Source of the DNA: an uncultured Pirellulales bacterium
GTDB lineage: Bacteria; Planctomycetota; Phycisphaerae; Sedimentisphaerales; Anaerobacaceae
DNA: 64,000 nucleotides
Assembly: GCA_964597035.1 (NCBI GenBank)
Contig: CAZQWM010000008.1
Coordinates: 12,679-76,678 of the forward strand
Direction of reading: 5' to 3'
The notes under the pieces are model-generated. The model was not told where the DNA came from, did no database searches, and saw only the letters and a program-made list of their open reading frames with translations. The position numbers and the translations under genes are program-made. Below are positions 36,201 through 44,763 of the stretch, piece by piece (the stretch's first letter is position 1; every line of letters begins with the position of its first letter).

Positions 36201-39200
36201 TTATCTTAATAATGGTTATTACGCCTATCCTACAAGTTCTCACATCAAAAACGTAGGTATGGACGGCAGCGGACTGCATTGCAGAAAGACTACGAAGTAC
36301 GACAGCGTCTGCGCCGATGCAAAACCTCATCGCTATCCGGACCGGATTATACTCAACGACCAGTTTCTTGAAAGGTTCAGAAAGCACTTTGATTTCGACG
36401 AAGAACAAAGCCGAAAGGCAGCGGTTTTTCTAAGCACTATCAAAAAACATCAGACACAGCGATTAACTTCTGAAAAGCCTGCGTTATCCGCGAACAAGCC
36501 TGCAACGCCGAGCCGGTATCTCGTTTCGGCGATAGTTTCGACCTACAATTCGCAGGAGTCAATCCGCGGCTGCATCGAAAACCTCGAAAGCCAGACAATA
36601 GCCGACAAGCTTGAAATCATTGTTGTCGATAGCGGCTCTCAGCAAAACGAGCAGGCCGTCGTCGCCGAGCTACAGCAAAAATACGATAACATTAAGTATA
36701 TAAAAACCGCACAACGTGAGACCATTTATGCCGCGTGGAACAAGGCCGTCAAAGCCGCAACCGGCAAATACATCACAAATGCCAACACCGACGACAGACG
36801 TTACGAGGATGCCCTTGAAATAATGGCTAATGCCCTTGACCGGGACCCTGATGGAGTCCTGGTTTACGGCGACAACGAAATTATTGACGCCGAAACGGGT
36901 GCCGTTGTTGGCAAAACCACGAGGAGTGATTTCACCATGGCCCGTCTGCTTGACCATTGCTTCGTCGGCCCCCAGCCGATGTGGCGAAGGGAGCTCCACG
37001 ACGAGTTTGGTTACTTTGATGAATCATTCTTCTCGGCGGGCGATTACGAATTCTGGCTCAGAATCGCCCAGAAATATGAGTTTATGTATCTCACTATGGT
37101 CCTTGGCCAGTATCAGCGCAGGTCCGACAGCATCGAACACAGCAACGGCGGCTGGGTGGGCAGGTTTGAGACGGCGCTTATCAAAAAGGCCTATCAATAT
37201 GCCAGCATTAACTCTATATTCATCGGCAGTGCCGGCTTGACCGGCACGTCGCCTTTTACTGATTGGTGCGAGACGAATATCGTAAAAAGGCAAACCGCCC
37301 AAATATTAACGGGCCGGCCGGTCGAACCGGTCGAAAAGGTTGATGACAACCGAAATCCCGACACTGTGCCTTTGCTTTCCATAATTATAGCGACATTCAA
37401 CCGCACCGATGGTTTGCTCAAATGCATCGGTGCTCTCGCCGGGCAAAGCGAATCTGATTTCGAGCTGATAGTCGTAAACAACGGCTTAACCATAATCCCG
37501 CTCGCGGATAACCGCCGGTATCCTTTCGGCGTATGCTGTATGGACCTAAAAAGCAATTATGGCCCGTCGCTGGCACGAAACATCGGGGCAGGGTTTGCGA
37601 AGGCGCCTTATATTGCTTTTCTGGATGACGATGCCATAGCCGATGAGAATTTTGTCCGAAATATCCTGAGGCACTTCAACGAAACTGACATATCCGGCCT
37701 CAGGGGCAAAGCCCTCCCCGAATCAGGCGACCGCAAGCCGGACCATTACGACCTCGGTGACGAGCCGATGCCTTTTCTTGTGGACCTCGAAGGTAACTGC
37801 GCCTTCAAAAAAGATGTTTTACTTGAAGTAGGCGGTTTCGACGAATTCCTGTTCCACACCGAAGGCCAGGAGCTTTCTTACAGAATCTTCAGGCATCAAA
37901 AAGAAAGCTTAAACGCCCTGATGTATTTTCCCGATGTTGTAATTTATCACGACCCGCGGAACGTGGACGATGCCGGCGGGATTGAAAAAACCCTTCGCTC
38001 GCAGGTAATGGCTGAGATGCTTGCACGCAAGGCCCACGGCATCAGAAAATACATCAGGTTCTTCAGTAATTTCTACCCCGCCAACAGGGCTACTCTCGAG
38101 AGTAACTTTTTCCGCCTTATGGTCAACGTGTCGTTTCTCGAAAAAAATTACCCCGACCTTGCCTTGTTCTGGGCCTTGAAGGCAATTGCCATTGAGCCGG
38201 ACAACGTTCCTTGTCGCTATGCCGTCGGCCGGATGAATGTGCGACTCGGCCGGTTCGATGTCGCCGAGAGATTCCTCGAACCCTTGAGTCGGCAGTTATA
38301 TATAGCCGTTGCACAGGATAATATTTCCTCGCTCGGCGAATCCTTCAAAGATGAAAAATCAGCAACACTTTGCTACATCGATGCCGCTATGAAGCTGGCC
38401 TTCTCCTATGCACAACAGGGTAAATCACGCCAGGCCGCCGCCGCTTATTCGCAGATTCTCAACTGCTCATTCATTACGCTGTCGGACCAGCAGAAAGATT
38501 GCATAAGCAAAGAAATCGACAGATTGACCGAGTCGCCTGTTACCGTCATGCCTCAGCAACAAGATGCCAGTGTTACTGATTCCTTGTCCCAGAAGGGGGC
38601 TTACCTCGTTTCAGCCATCGTCTCAACATACAACGCGCAAGAGTTTATTCGCGGCTGTCTCGAGGACCTCGAACGTCAGACAATAGCCGACCAAACTGAA
38701 ATTATCGTTGTCAATAGCGGCTCTCAGCAAAACGATGAGCAAATCGTAAAAGAGTTCCAGAAAAGATACAGCAACATCGTCTATATCAAAACAGAGCATC
38801 GCGAGCCCTTGTACTCTGCCTGGAACCGGGCCATCAAAGCTGCCTCAGGCCGGTTTCTAACGAATGCCAACACCGATGACCGGCACCGAAAAGATGCGAT
38901 GGAGATTATGGCCGACACACTCACCGCAAATCCTGATGTTGCCTTGGTCTATGGCGACCAGATTGTTACCGACACACCGAACGGCACCTTCGAGAATCAT
39001 CACGCCGTCGAAATGACCAAAAGACCGGAATTCAGTTGGCAGCGTTTGCTCTTCGGCTGCTGTGTCGGGTCCCAGCCGATGTGGAGAAAGTCACTGCACG
39101 ACGAGTTCGCCGGTTTCGACGAGTCACTCACTTGTGCCGCCGACTGGGACTTCTGGCTTAAAGTCGCCAAAAAGCACAGCTTCAAGCACATACCTCAATT

Positions 39201-40308
39201 CCTCGGTCTTTACTATCGCAACAAGGATGGTATCGAGCACGGCCGAAAAATTCACAGCTTGTATGAGCGATATGCCGTTGGCAGACGATACGGCAACCCC
39301 TATATATCCGTTATCCCGCTCTATCAGGCACCGGACAATCCGCTTGTCTCAATTGTGATTACCGCCTACAACTCCGCCGGCTATATCGCGAGAGCAATCG
39401 AAAGCGTACTGATTCAAAATTACAGAAACTTCGAGCTGATTGTTGTCGACGACGGCTCTACTGACAACACCGCCGACATTGTTCGCAGCTTCACAAACGA
39501 GCCGATAAAATATTTCTTCAAGGAAAATGGCGGTGTCGCCTCCGCACGTAACTTCGGGCTGAAAAAATCCACCGGCTCATTCATAGTTATGCTCGACAGT
39601 GACGATATGATGACGCCTAATTACCTCGCCGAACACCTCAAAGGTTTTGTTCAGTACCCCCAGGCGGATATGGTCTACTGCGACGAATATCTCATCGACG
39701 AACAGGACCAGCCAATCCGTGTAATCCACAGGCCTCAGTACTCAGACTCGCAGGCAATCATAGCCGATATGTTCCACTCCGGCTGGCCGGTCGTGCATTT
39801 CAAAACCTGCATCAAAAGAAGTGTCTTCGACAAAATAGGACTTTACGACGAACGTCTGATTGTCGCTGAAGATTACGATATGATGAGACGTTTCATAAAA
39901 CAAGGCCTCAAGATGCATCGCCTGCCGGAGGCGCTTTACCTGCGCCGTCTGAGGCAGGAGAGTCTCTCGAAAACATATGATACCGCCAAGGCAAAGAGTC
40001 ATTTCGATGTCGTTCATAGATTTACCGAGACATTCACCCCGGAGCAATTGTTTCCCGATGTCGTTTGGAACAAGCTGCCGGCTGGCCAAAAGCCGTTACT
40101 GGCCAAATGCAAGGCCGCACTTGTCTATCTTGATATTGGCCAGAAATACCTTGGTTCTAATGCTGCTGATTATGCGGCTGTGGCCTTCGATTTGGCCTGC
40201 ACCCAACTGGATGATTGCTGCAGAATCGAGCCGGCAAATCAGAACATCATAAATCTAAGGGGAAAATGCCGGTCCATACGCGACAGGCACCTGCAGCCCG
40301 TTGCCTGA
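33286..40308 (+). CDS. 2,340-aa multi-domain glycosyltransferase (KpsS/KpsC-like + 5x GT2 + GnT-I-like + TPR-like spacer)
   Basis: One uninterrupted ORF with GTG at 33286 or ATG at 33298. Modules read from the translation are listed under the finding at 33286-40308. Approximate nt starts of the GT-A modules: 34744, 35569, 36517, 37368, 38602, 39343. Confidence 0.9.
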   Translation: MKIAMHRKIRVLFSIETADPWILRVYKSFYDGLASLPYELFCTACDVKEPAGQLDAYNIIDYAKLPDLAPALAACGPVGTPSRRLLELAPGFALWDSPQRLLERFDRFRSAFHIVQPDLVIVWNGMADIRRMIRIFLSEQSTPFFYAEKGVLPDSWYIDEAGINACCSLRPSVANAGIPESQRDRVEQYLQNVISSGSSAWQQPAGISGDALRRKLSIAVNSPVIFFPGWVDEDTSITELSCFKTVAEAVGAVADAMPSGATLIVKPHPKSKTESRQQLQELAPQSPNLRIVTDADIWDLIDVADLVVSINSTVAFESLLGKRKLLLLGDNILSKVGLVEKVNVAELKDALKASLEGSFDNRVNYSRVLSFVKFLLDDYYLFTGCSSVPQSVLSRIDSKAIKASDKTFSVDKLKEILYPHENTILPSGPVTGESFDPAVACFRKAVDRFAAGNFQQAVELMEQYRRAIDYTKLPRTTKTRNKSSDVQVSVIIVTYNRTEELKNCLESLSKQNEENFEVVIVDNGGTNLNELGNDFDQYIKCPMNFSLSEGRNIGAFFAKGAILAFLDDDAVVGPDYISSIRTAFKTYDICGLRGRALPKSSQNTNNGTKGYDHGPNPFPTVCDLEGGSAFSREIFLSINGMDPLLFGHEGYDLTYRIAKNSDMLNSIIYWPYTIIYHDAPSTDSQGQKDQRYSFNEQYLRFKHSDHIFSLRDEIEKCYLPGPPGDACPEQPVVGEIEPHRGAGNVTAQPSHTGPAAAPQNDVPVALVVYNRPKHTLEVLKSLRGHNVQNLYIFCDAPKRPEHEQDVSLVRRLVHSINWTTPEIIEREQNFGLAKSITSATDFVFERHDRLILLEDDCVPQQHFFDFMCTCLEKYKDNPKVFGVAGYSISMPDELLREYPYDLYFCPRICSWGWATWKRAWKYYDRDLQKLVEEANERGIDLAQGGSEVQVFIEKFLRGRLNDVWTLNWILTVYLNNGYYAYPTSSHIKNVGMDGSGLHCRKTTKYDSVCADAKPHRYPDRIILNDQFLERFRKHFDFDEEQSRKAAVFLSTIKKHQTQRLTSEKPALSANKPATPSRYLVSAIVSTYNSQESIRGCIENLESQTIADKLEIIVVDSGSQQNEQAVVAELQQKYDNIKYIKTAQRETIYAAWNKAVKAATGKYITNANTDDRRYEDALEIMANALDRDPDGVLVYGDNEIIDAETGAVVGKTTRSDFTMARLLDHCFVGPQPMWRRELHDEFGYFDESFFSAGDYEFWLRIAQKYEFMYLTMVLGQYQRRSDSIEHSNGGWVGRFETALIKKAYQYASINSIFIGSAGLTGTSPFTDWCETNIVKRQTAQILTGRPVEPVEKVDDNRNPDTVPLLSIIIATFNRTDGLLKCIGALAGQSESDFELIVVNNGLTIIPLADNRRYPFGVCCMDLKSNYGPSLARNIGAGFAKAPYIAFLDDDAIADENFVRNILRHFNETDISGLRGKALPESGDRKPDHYDLGDEPMPFLVDLEGNCAFKKDVLLEVGGFDEFLFHTEGQELSYRIFRHQKESLNALMYFPDVVIYHDPRNVDDAGGIEKTLRSQVMAEMLARKAHGIRKYIRFFSNFYPANRATLESNFFRLMVNVSFLEKNYPDLALFWALKAIAIEPDNVPCRYAVGRMNVRLGRFDVAERFLEPLSRQLYIAVAQDNISSLGESFKDEKSATLCYIDAAMKLAFSYAQQGKSRQAAAAYSQILNCSFITLSDQQKDCISKEIDRLTESPVTVMPQQQDASVTDSLSQKGAYLVSAIVSTYNAQEFIRGCLEDLERQTIADQTEIIVVNSGSQQNDEQIVKEFQKRYSNIVYIKTEHREPLYSAWNRAIKAASGRFLTNANTDDRHRKDAMEIMADTLTANPDVALVYGDQIVTDTPNGTFENHHAVEMTKRPEFSWQRLLFGCCVGSQPMWRKSLHDEFAGFDESLTCAADWDFWLKVAKKHSFKHIPQFLGLYYRNKDGIEHGRKIHSLYERYAVGRRYGNPYISVIPLYQAPDNPLVSIVITAYNSAGYIARAIESVLIQNYRNFELIVVDDGSTDNTADIVRSFTNEPIKYFFKENGGVASARNFGLKKSTGSFIVMLDSDDMMTPNYLAEHLKGFVQYPQADMVYCDEYLIDEQDQPIRVIHRPQYSDSQAIIADMFHSGWPVVHFKTCIKRSVFDKIGLYDERLIVAEDYDMMRRFIKQGLKMHRLPEALYLRRLRQESLSKTYDTAKAKSHFDVVHRFTETFTPEQLFPDVVWNKLPAGQKPLLAKCKAALVYLDIGQKYLGSNAADYAAVAFDLACTQLDDCCRIEPANQNIINLRGKCRSIRDRHLQPVA
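36517..37200 (+). repeat. internal paralogous GT2 module (copy 1) of the giant ORF
   Basis: YLVSAIVSTYNSQESIRGCIENLESQTIADKLEIIVVDSGSQQNE...NANTDDRR...GPQPMWRRELHDEFGYFDE. The nt string 36622-36650 recurs at 38707-38735 with one mismatch, at an offset of 2085 nt. Confidence 0.85.
38602..39290 (+). repeat. internal paralogous GT2 module (copy 2) of the giant ORF
   Basis: YLVSAIVSTYNAQEFIRGCLEDLERQTIADQTEIIVVNSGSQQND...NANTDDRH...GSQPMWRKSLHDEFAGFDE. It is collinear with copy 1 at both protein and nt level. Confidence 0.85.
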
Positions 40309-40357
40309 GTCGCTTTCGGCCGGGCTGAGTCTTGAGTATGAAGATGCACGAAATGAC

Positions 40358-40384
40358 TAAACAACTAGTGACTTCTCTCGATAA
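40358..40384 (+). promoter_or_regulatory. sigma28-type promoter (TAAA-N15-CTCGATAA)
   Basis: TAAA at 40358-40361, a 15-nt spacer, then CTCGATAA at 40377-40384, against the consensus TAAA-N15-GCCGATAA. It lies 83 nt upstream of the fliD ATG. Confidence 0.65.
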
Positions 40385-40466
40385 TAACGTATCACGGATG
40401 CTGTATGTCCGGCACGGAGGTAAGCCCTATAAAATCTTGATTGTTTGAACGGGAAGGCCAACAAAA

Positions 40467-42809
40467 ATGTCCGTCTTGCGTCTGCCGGGTTTATATACAG
40501 GTATCGACACGGAAACATTGATTTCACAGCTTCTGGCCATTGAGAGCCGGACGATGAATCTTTACCAGCAGCGCCTCTCGCAATGGGAAGAGAAGAAAGA
40601 TGCACTCGGCACTATCGAAACTAGGTTAAGCACACTTGTCTCTGCCGTTCGTGCCTTGTCGGATGCCCAGCAGCTCCGGGCTTTCGGTGTCGCGTCCAGT
40701 GACCCTGATATAGTCACCGCTCAGGCAACCAGCGATGCCTTCGAGGGCAACCACAACGTTGTCATCGACCGTCTCGCAACCGCCGACCGCTGGGTTCATA
40801 CCGCCGGCTTTGAATACGCCGAGGATTACGTGGACGCGGGAACCTTTATCTATTCATACAACGGCAAGGAAACTGTTATTACAACCACCGACACGACGAC
40901 GCTGGAGGGCCTTGTCGGCCTGATTAACAACGATGCCGACAACCCGGGCGTCACCGCGTCTTTACTGCATTATGCCAATTCTTATCATCTTATCCTTAAC
41001 GGCAACGACGCCGGAGGCGATTATCGAATCTCAATCAATTCGGGCTCTACCGAGGTCTTGCAGGCCGACACTGCCTTCACACGCAACTCGGACAACGCCG
41101 CTTTAAGCACTCACATCACGCAGCTCGACCAGTTCGGCGACAATCCCCTCGAAGGCGGGGAGGTCATAGAGATAAAAGGAACCGACCGCTACGGCAACGA
41201 CATAACGCAGGTGGACCTTGAGCTGACTGCAAACACAAAGCTCAGCCATCTCATTGACAAAATCAACCAGGCCTTTGATGGAAACGTAAAGGCCACGCTC
41301 GAAAACGGCAAAATTGTTGTCACCGACGCTTTTTCAGATGACAGCGAACTTTCAATCAGTTTGACTTATAACGCAAATGATTCTGCTGCCATGTTGTCGC
41401 TGCCGACGATTGAACTCCTGACCGACGGCGGCACCCCTGCAACGCTGGATGGCTTCAGTCTTGCCGATTTCACAAGAACACAGGCGGCACAGGACTCCAA
41501 AATCAAAATCGATGGTTACCCCTTTCAGGATGCCGTTTCGGAGGTCCAGCAAATCGAGCATACATCCGCCGTTACCAGCGGAACGTTCACGCTTGGCTAT
41601 GGCGGTTTTATCACCGATGCTATCGCTTATAACGCCGACATTGCTACAATCCAGGCCGCTCTCGATGCCCTGCCCAATGTCAATGCAGGCGACATAGTTG
41701 TCGAGGGTGACGCTCTGAATACAAGCGGCACCTTGACTTTCACCTTCAATGACACCCTTGGCGATGTCAGTATGATACTAATTGACTCCTCGGGTCTCAG
41801 CGAGACGCTTGCCGTCACCGAGCAGACAGAAGGCGTCGATGAATACATAAGCAGAAGCTCCAACACAATAGACGATGTCATTTACGGATTGACGCTGAAC
41901 CTGCACGATGTCACCAGCGAAAGCGGCGAAAGTATCACGCTCACAAGAAACACCGAATCGGTGAAGCAGAAGCTGCTCTCGATGATAGACGCCTATAATT
42001 CCGTCATTACCTATATAAAAGAGAAAACCGGCTATAATGACGTCCTCAAGACGGCCGGCATTCTTATGGGCGATTATGTCGTCGGCACAATAAAAACCCA
42101 GCTTTCTATGCCGCTGATTAGACAGACGTCCGGATTCATTCAGGATGTCGACTCGTTCCTTACGCCTGGCCAGATCGGCCTGGAGCTCGGCAGTGACGGT
42201 ATGCTCTCGCTTGACACCAACGCCTTTGAAAAAGCAATTGCAGAGGACTATACGGGCGTTCTTGCCGTCATCGGTGCGGCCAAAACCGGAAGCTCCGACA
42301 GCAACACCATTCGCTTCTACCATGCCAGTAGCAGTTACACCACCGCCGGAACTTATGATGTCGAAGTAACTGTAGGCGGAGGCGCTATAACCGGCGCGAG
42401 AATGAAATTATCGACCGAATCGAGTTGGAACGATGCGACGTACTCCGGCAACGTTGTCACCGGAGACAGCTCATTCGACGAAAACGGCAATCCCGTATAT
42501 CCGGAAAACAGCTTGCAGTTCAGTGTGGATTTGAGTCAGGACGGAACCTACACCGCCACGGTCAGGGTCAAGCAGGGTTTTGCCGGTGCCATTGAAGATG
42601 CCCTCGATAGAATGCTCAAGGCCTCTACTGGCTCAATTGATATCGACCAGAAGCATATAGACGATACAATCAAGCTGTTGGAGGACAGAATCGAGGCCGA
42701 AAAATATCGGGTAGACCAGAAGGAACAACGCCTTATTGGGCAGTTTGCTCGTCTTGAAAAGACGCTGACGCTTTGGCAGAACCAAATGGCGGCCCTCGGT
42801 TTGAGCTAA
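40467..42809 (+). CDS. fliD: flagellar filament capping protein FliD
   Basis: N-terminal GLYTGIDTETLISQLLAIESRTMNLYQQRLSQWEEKKDAL and C-terminal KYRVDQKEQRLIGQFARLEKTLTLWQNQMAAL are FliD N- and C-terminal domains. At 780 aa it is unusually long. Confidence 0.9.
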   Translation: MSVLRLPGLYTGIDTETLISQLLAIESRTMNLYQQRLSQWEEKKDALGTIETRLSTLVSAVRALSDAQQLRAFGVASSDPDIVTAQATSDAFEGNHNVVIDRLATADRWVHTAGFEYAEDYVDAGTFIYSYNGKETVITTTDTTTLEGLVGLINNDADNPGVTASLLHYANSYHLILNGNDAGGDYRISINSGSTEVLQADTAFTRNSDNAALSTHITQLDQFGDNPLEGGEVIEIKGTDRYGNDITQVDLELTANTKLSHLIDKINQAFDGNVKATLENGKIVVTDAFSDDSELSISLTYNANDSAAMLSLPTIELLTDGGTPATLDGFSLADFTRTQAAQDSKIKIDGYPFQDAVSEVQQIEHTSAVTSGTFTLGYGGFITDAIAYNADIATIQAALDALPNVNAGDIVVEGDALNTSGTLTFTFNDTLGDVSMILIDSSGLSETLAVTEQTEGVDEYISRSSNTIDDVIYGLTLNLHDVTSESGESITLTRNTESVKQKLLSMIDAYNSVITYIKEKTGYNDVLKTAGILMGDYVVGTIKTQLSMPLIRQTSGFIQDVDSFLTPGQIGLELGSDGMLSLDTNAFEKAIAEDYTGVLAVIGAAKTGSSDSNTIRFYHASSSYTTAGTYDVEVTVGGGAITGARMKLSTESSWNDATYSGNVVTGDSSFDENGNPVYPENSLQFSVDLSQDGTYTATVRVKQGFAGAIEDALDRMLKASTGSIDIDQKHIDDTIKLLEDRIEAEKYRVDQKEQRLIGQFARLEKTLTLWQNQMAALGLS

Positions 42810-42838
42810 TCCTACTGAGACCGCGTTGACCCCGCCGA

Positions 42839-43909
42839 CTACTGTCTTTTTCTCCGCCGCAGCCGATGCAGCATCGCGAGAACCTGTGCCACCGCTACAT
42901 ACAAGCTCTGCGGTATCGCCTCGCCGATTTGCACCGTTGAGTATATCGTTCTTGCAAGCTCCGGCCTGCGAACAATAGGAACCCCGTACGCACGGGCGAT
43001 TTCCATAATCTTCTCCGCCATGTGGTCGGCTCCTTTAGCCAGCACCACGGGTGCATCCATCTGTGCCCCCTCGTATTTAAGTGCTACGGCTACGTGTGTC
43101 GGGTTGACCAGCACAACGTTGGCCTTGGGCACGTCCTGCAGCATCCGCTTCATACTCATTTGTATCTGCATTTTGCGGATTCTTACCTTGACCTCGGGCG
43201 CGCCTTCGGTGTCTCTGTGTTCCTGCTTGACCTCCTGCTTGCTCATCTTCAAATCTTCGATGTATTTCCATTTCTGGTACATCAGGTCCCCTATTGCCAC
43301 TGCAACCAGCGCGATGCACACACGGATGCACAGTCCCAGTATTATCCGGGCGGTTGTTATGATTATCTGTCCGGACCATGCCCATCGAAGACCGACTAAT
43401 GTTTCGATTTTGCTGTCGAGATAGACCCAGACGATTATCCCAAGCATCGCAAGTTTAAGTATAGAGGCCAGCAGCTTGACCATTGATTTGCCGTTGAAAA
43501 GCTGCTGCAAACCCAGAACAGGGTTTATTGCGTTGAATTTAAGTTGTATTGCTCCCGGTGCAAAGTTTGGTCCGGCGATGGCCAGTCCCGCCAGGACCGC
43601 ACTGGCTGAAAGCACCGCAAGAACGGGAATGCCGACAAAAATGGAGTCCGCTATCTTGGTATTTATAAAACCGAGAAACGTCTCAGTATTTGTGAATACT
43701 TCCCTTTGGCAGCTCATCCCTTCTCTCGCTAATGTCGCAGCCCACTCTGCAAGCCACCGGCCGAATACAGCAAGTGCCGCTATCAGCGCAAGAAGCGTCG
43801 CCAGCGACATCGCTTCCTGGCTGTGCGGAACCCTGCCGCGTTCCCTGGCCTTTCGCAGGCGACGCGCTGTTGGTTGTTCTGTTCTTTCCGCCGCGGGCTG
43901 CTCAGGCAT
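42839..43909 (-). CDS. flhB: flagellar export apparatus protein FlhB
   Basis: RTEQPTARRLRKARERGRVPHSQE at the N-terminus, the NPTH autocleavage site (VVLVNPTHVAVALKY), and AYGVPIVRRPELARTIY. Confidence 0.95.
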   Translation of the reverse strand: MPEQPAAERTEQPTARRLRKARERGRVPHSQEAMSLATLLALIAALAVFGRWLAEWAATLAREGMSCQREVFTNTETFLGFINTKIADSIFVGIPVLAVLSASAVLAGLAIAGPNFAPGAIQLKFNAINPVLGLQQLFNGKSMVKLLASILKLAMLGIIVWVYLDSKIETLVGLRWAWSGQIIITTARIILGLCIRVCIALVAVAIGDLMYQKWKYIEDLKMSKQEVKQEHRDTEGAPEVKVRIRKMQIQMSMKRMLQDVPKANVVLVNPTHVAVALKYEGAQMDAPVVLAKGADHMAEKIMEIARAYGVPIVRRPELARTIYSTVQIGEAIPQSLYVAVAQVLAMLHRLRRRKRQ

Positions 43910-44007
43910 ATTACATCTCTAAAGACTTTCTCATTGAATTACACGATTGTTTTTTTAATCGGTTCTTCGCTGTTGGCGGGTTGTCTGTCCTCGATGACGA
44001 AATACTC

Positions 44008-44760
44008 TTACAAAGGCAGCATCTTCGACATCAGTTCCGCCATTTCGCTCACAAAGTCGTTTATAAAAGGAACGCATACCGTCACTATCGCAAGCCCCAG
44101 CCCGATTCTCAGCGGAAAACTGATGAAGAATATGTTCATCTCGGGGACTAATCTCGCAAGAATCGCCAATGCAACCAGCAGAACCAGCATCGCCGCCAGC
44201 ACGGGTGCGGCAAGCCGCAATCCCGCCACGAACATCGCTGAGCTTGCCTCGAGCATTTTGCCCGCAAGGGTGGCTGCGGACGGTATATCGCCCGCAGGAA
44301 AGACCTCGTAACTGCGCTCGATAACTTTCAATAACAGGTGATGCCCGTTGGCCGCGAGAAATGCCAGTGCCAATACCATCTCTAACAAGCTCGCTATAGG
44401 CGCGCCATGTTCCTGAGTAAAAGGGTCTATTACCTGGGCCATCGACAACCCCATCTGGCGCTCTGCTATCTTGCCGCCGAGCTTGGCTGCCGAGAATAGA
44501 ACATTTGCTACTGCACCAAGGGCCAGCCCATAAGTTGCCTCACAGCCGAGCAGCAACACCGCCTGGACCGCCGACGTCTGTTCTGCTGTTACAGCCGGCG
44601 GATGTGTTATCGAGAAGAAAATTGCAAGCATCACGGGGGCGGCGACTTTTATCATCGAAGGGATGCTGCGCCATCCGAACACCGGTGCCACGAGAAAAAA
44701 AGCGGATATCCTCGTCATCACCATCACAAAACCAAGCAGCTTCTCAATCAGCAGCTCCAT
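44008..44760 (-). CDS. fliR: flagellar export apparatus protein FliR
   Basis: 250-aa polytopic membrane protein (FVMVMTRISAFFLVAPVFG...IKVAAPVMLAIF...) between fliQ and flhB. Confidence 0.9.
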   Translation of the reverse strand: MELLIEKLLGFVMVMTRISAFFLVAPVFGWRSIPSMIKVAAPVMLAIFFSITHPPAVTAEQTSAVQAVLLLGCEATYGLALGAVANVLFSAAKLGGKIAERQMGLSMAQVIDPFTQEHGAPIASLLEMVLALAFLAANGHHLLLKVIERSYEVFPAGDIPSAATLAGKMLEASSAMFVAGLRLAAPVLAAMLVLLVALAILARLVPEMNIFFISFPLRIGLGLAIVTVCVPFINDFVSEMAELMSKMLPL

Positions 44761-44763
44761 CGC

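Noticed and set aside
40422-40437. CGGCACGGAGGTAAGC upstream of fliD as a sigma54 promoter.
   Set aside because: The -12 element is shifted by one position and lacks TTGC. The TAAA-N15-CTCGATAA sigma28-type element at 40358-40384 fits better.
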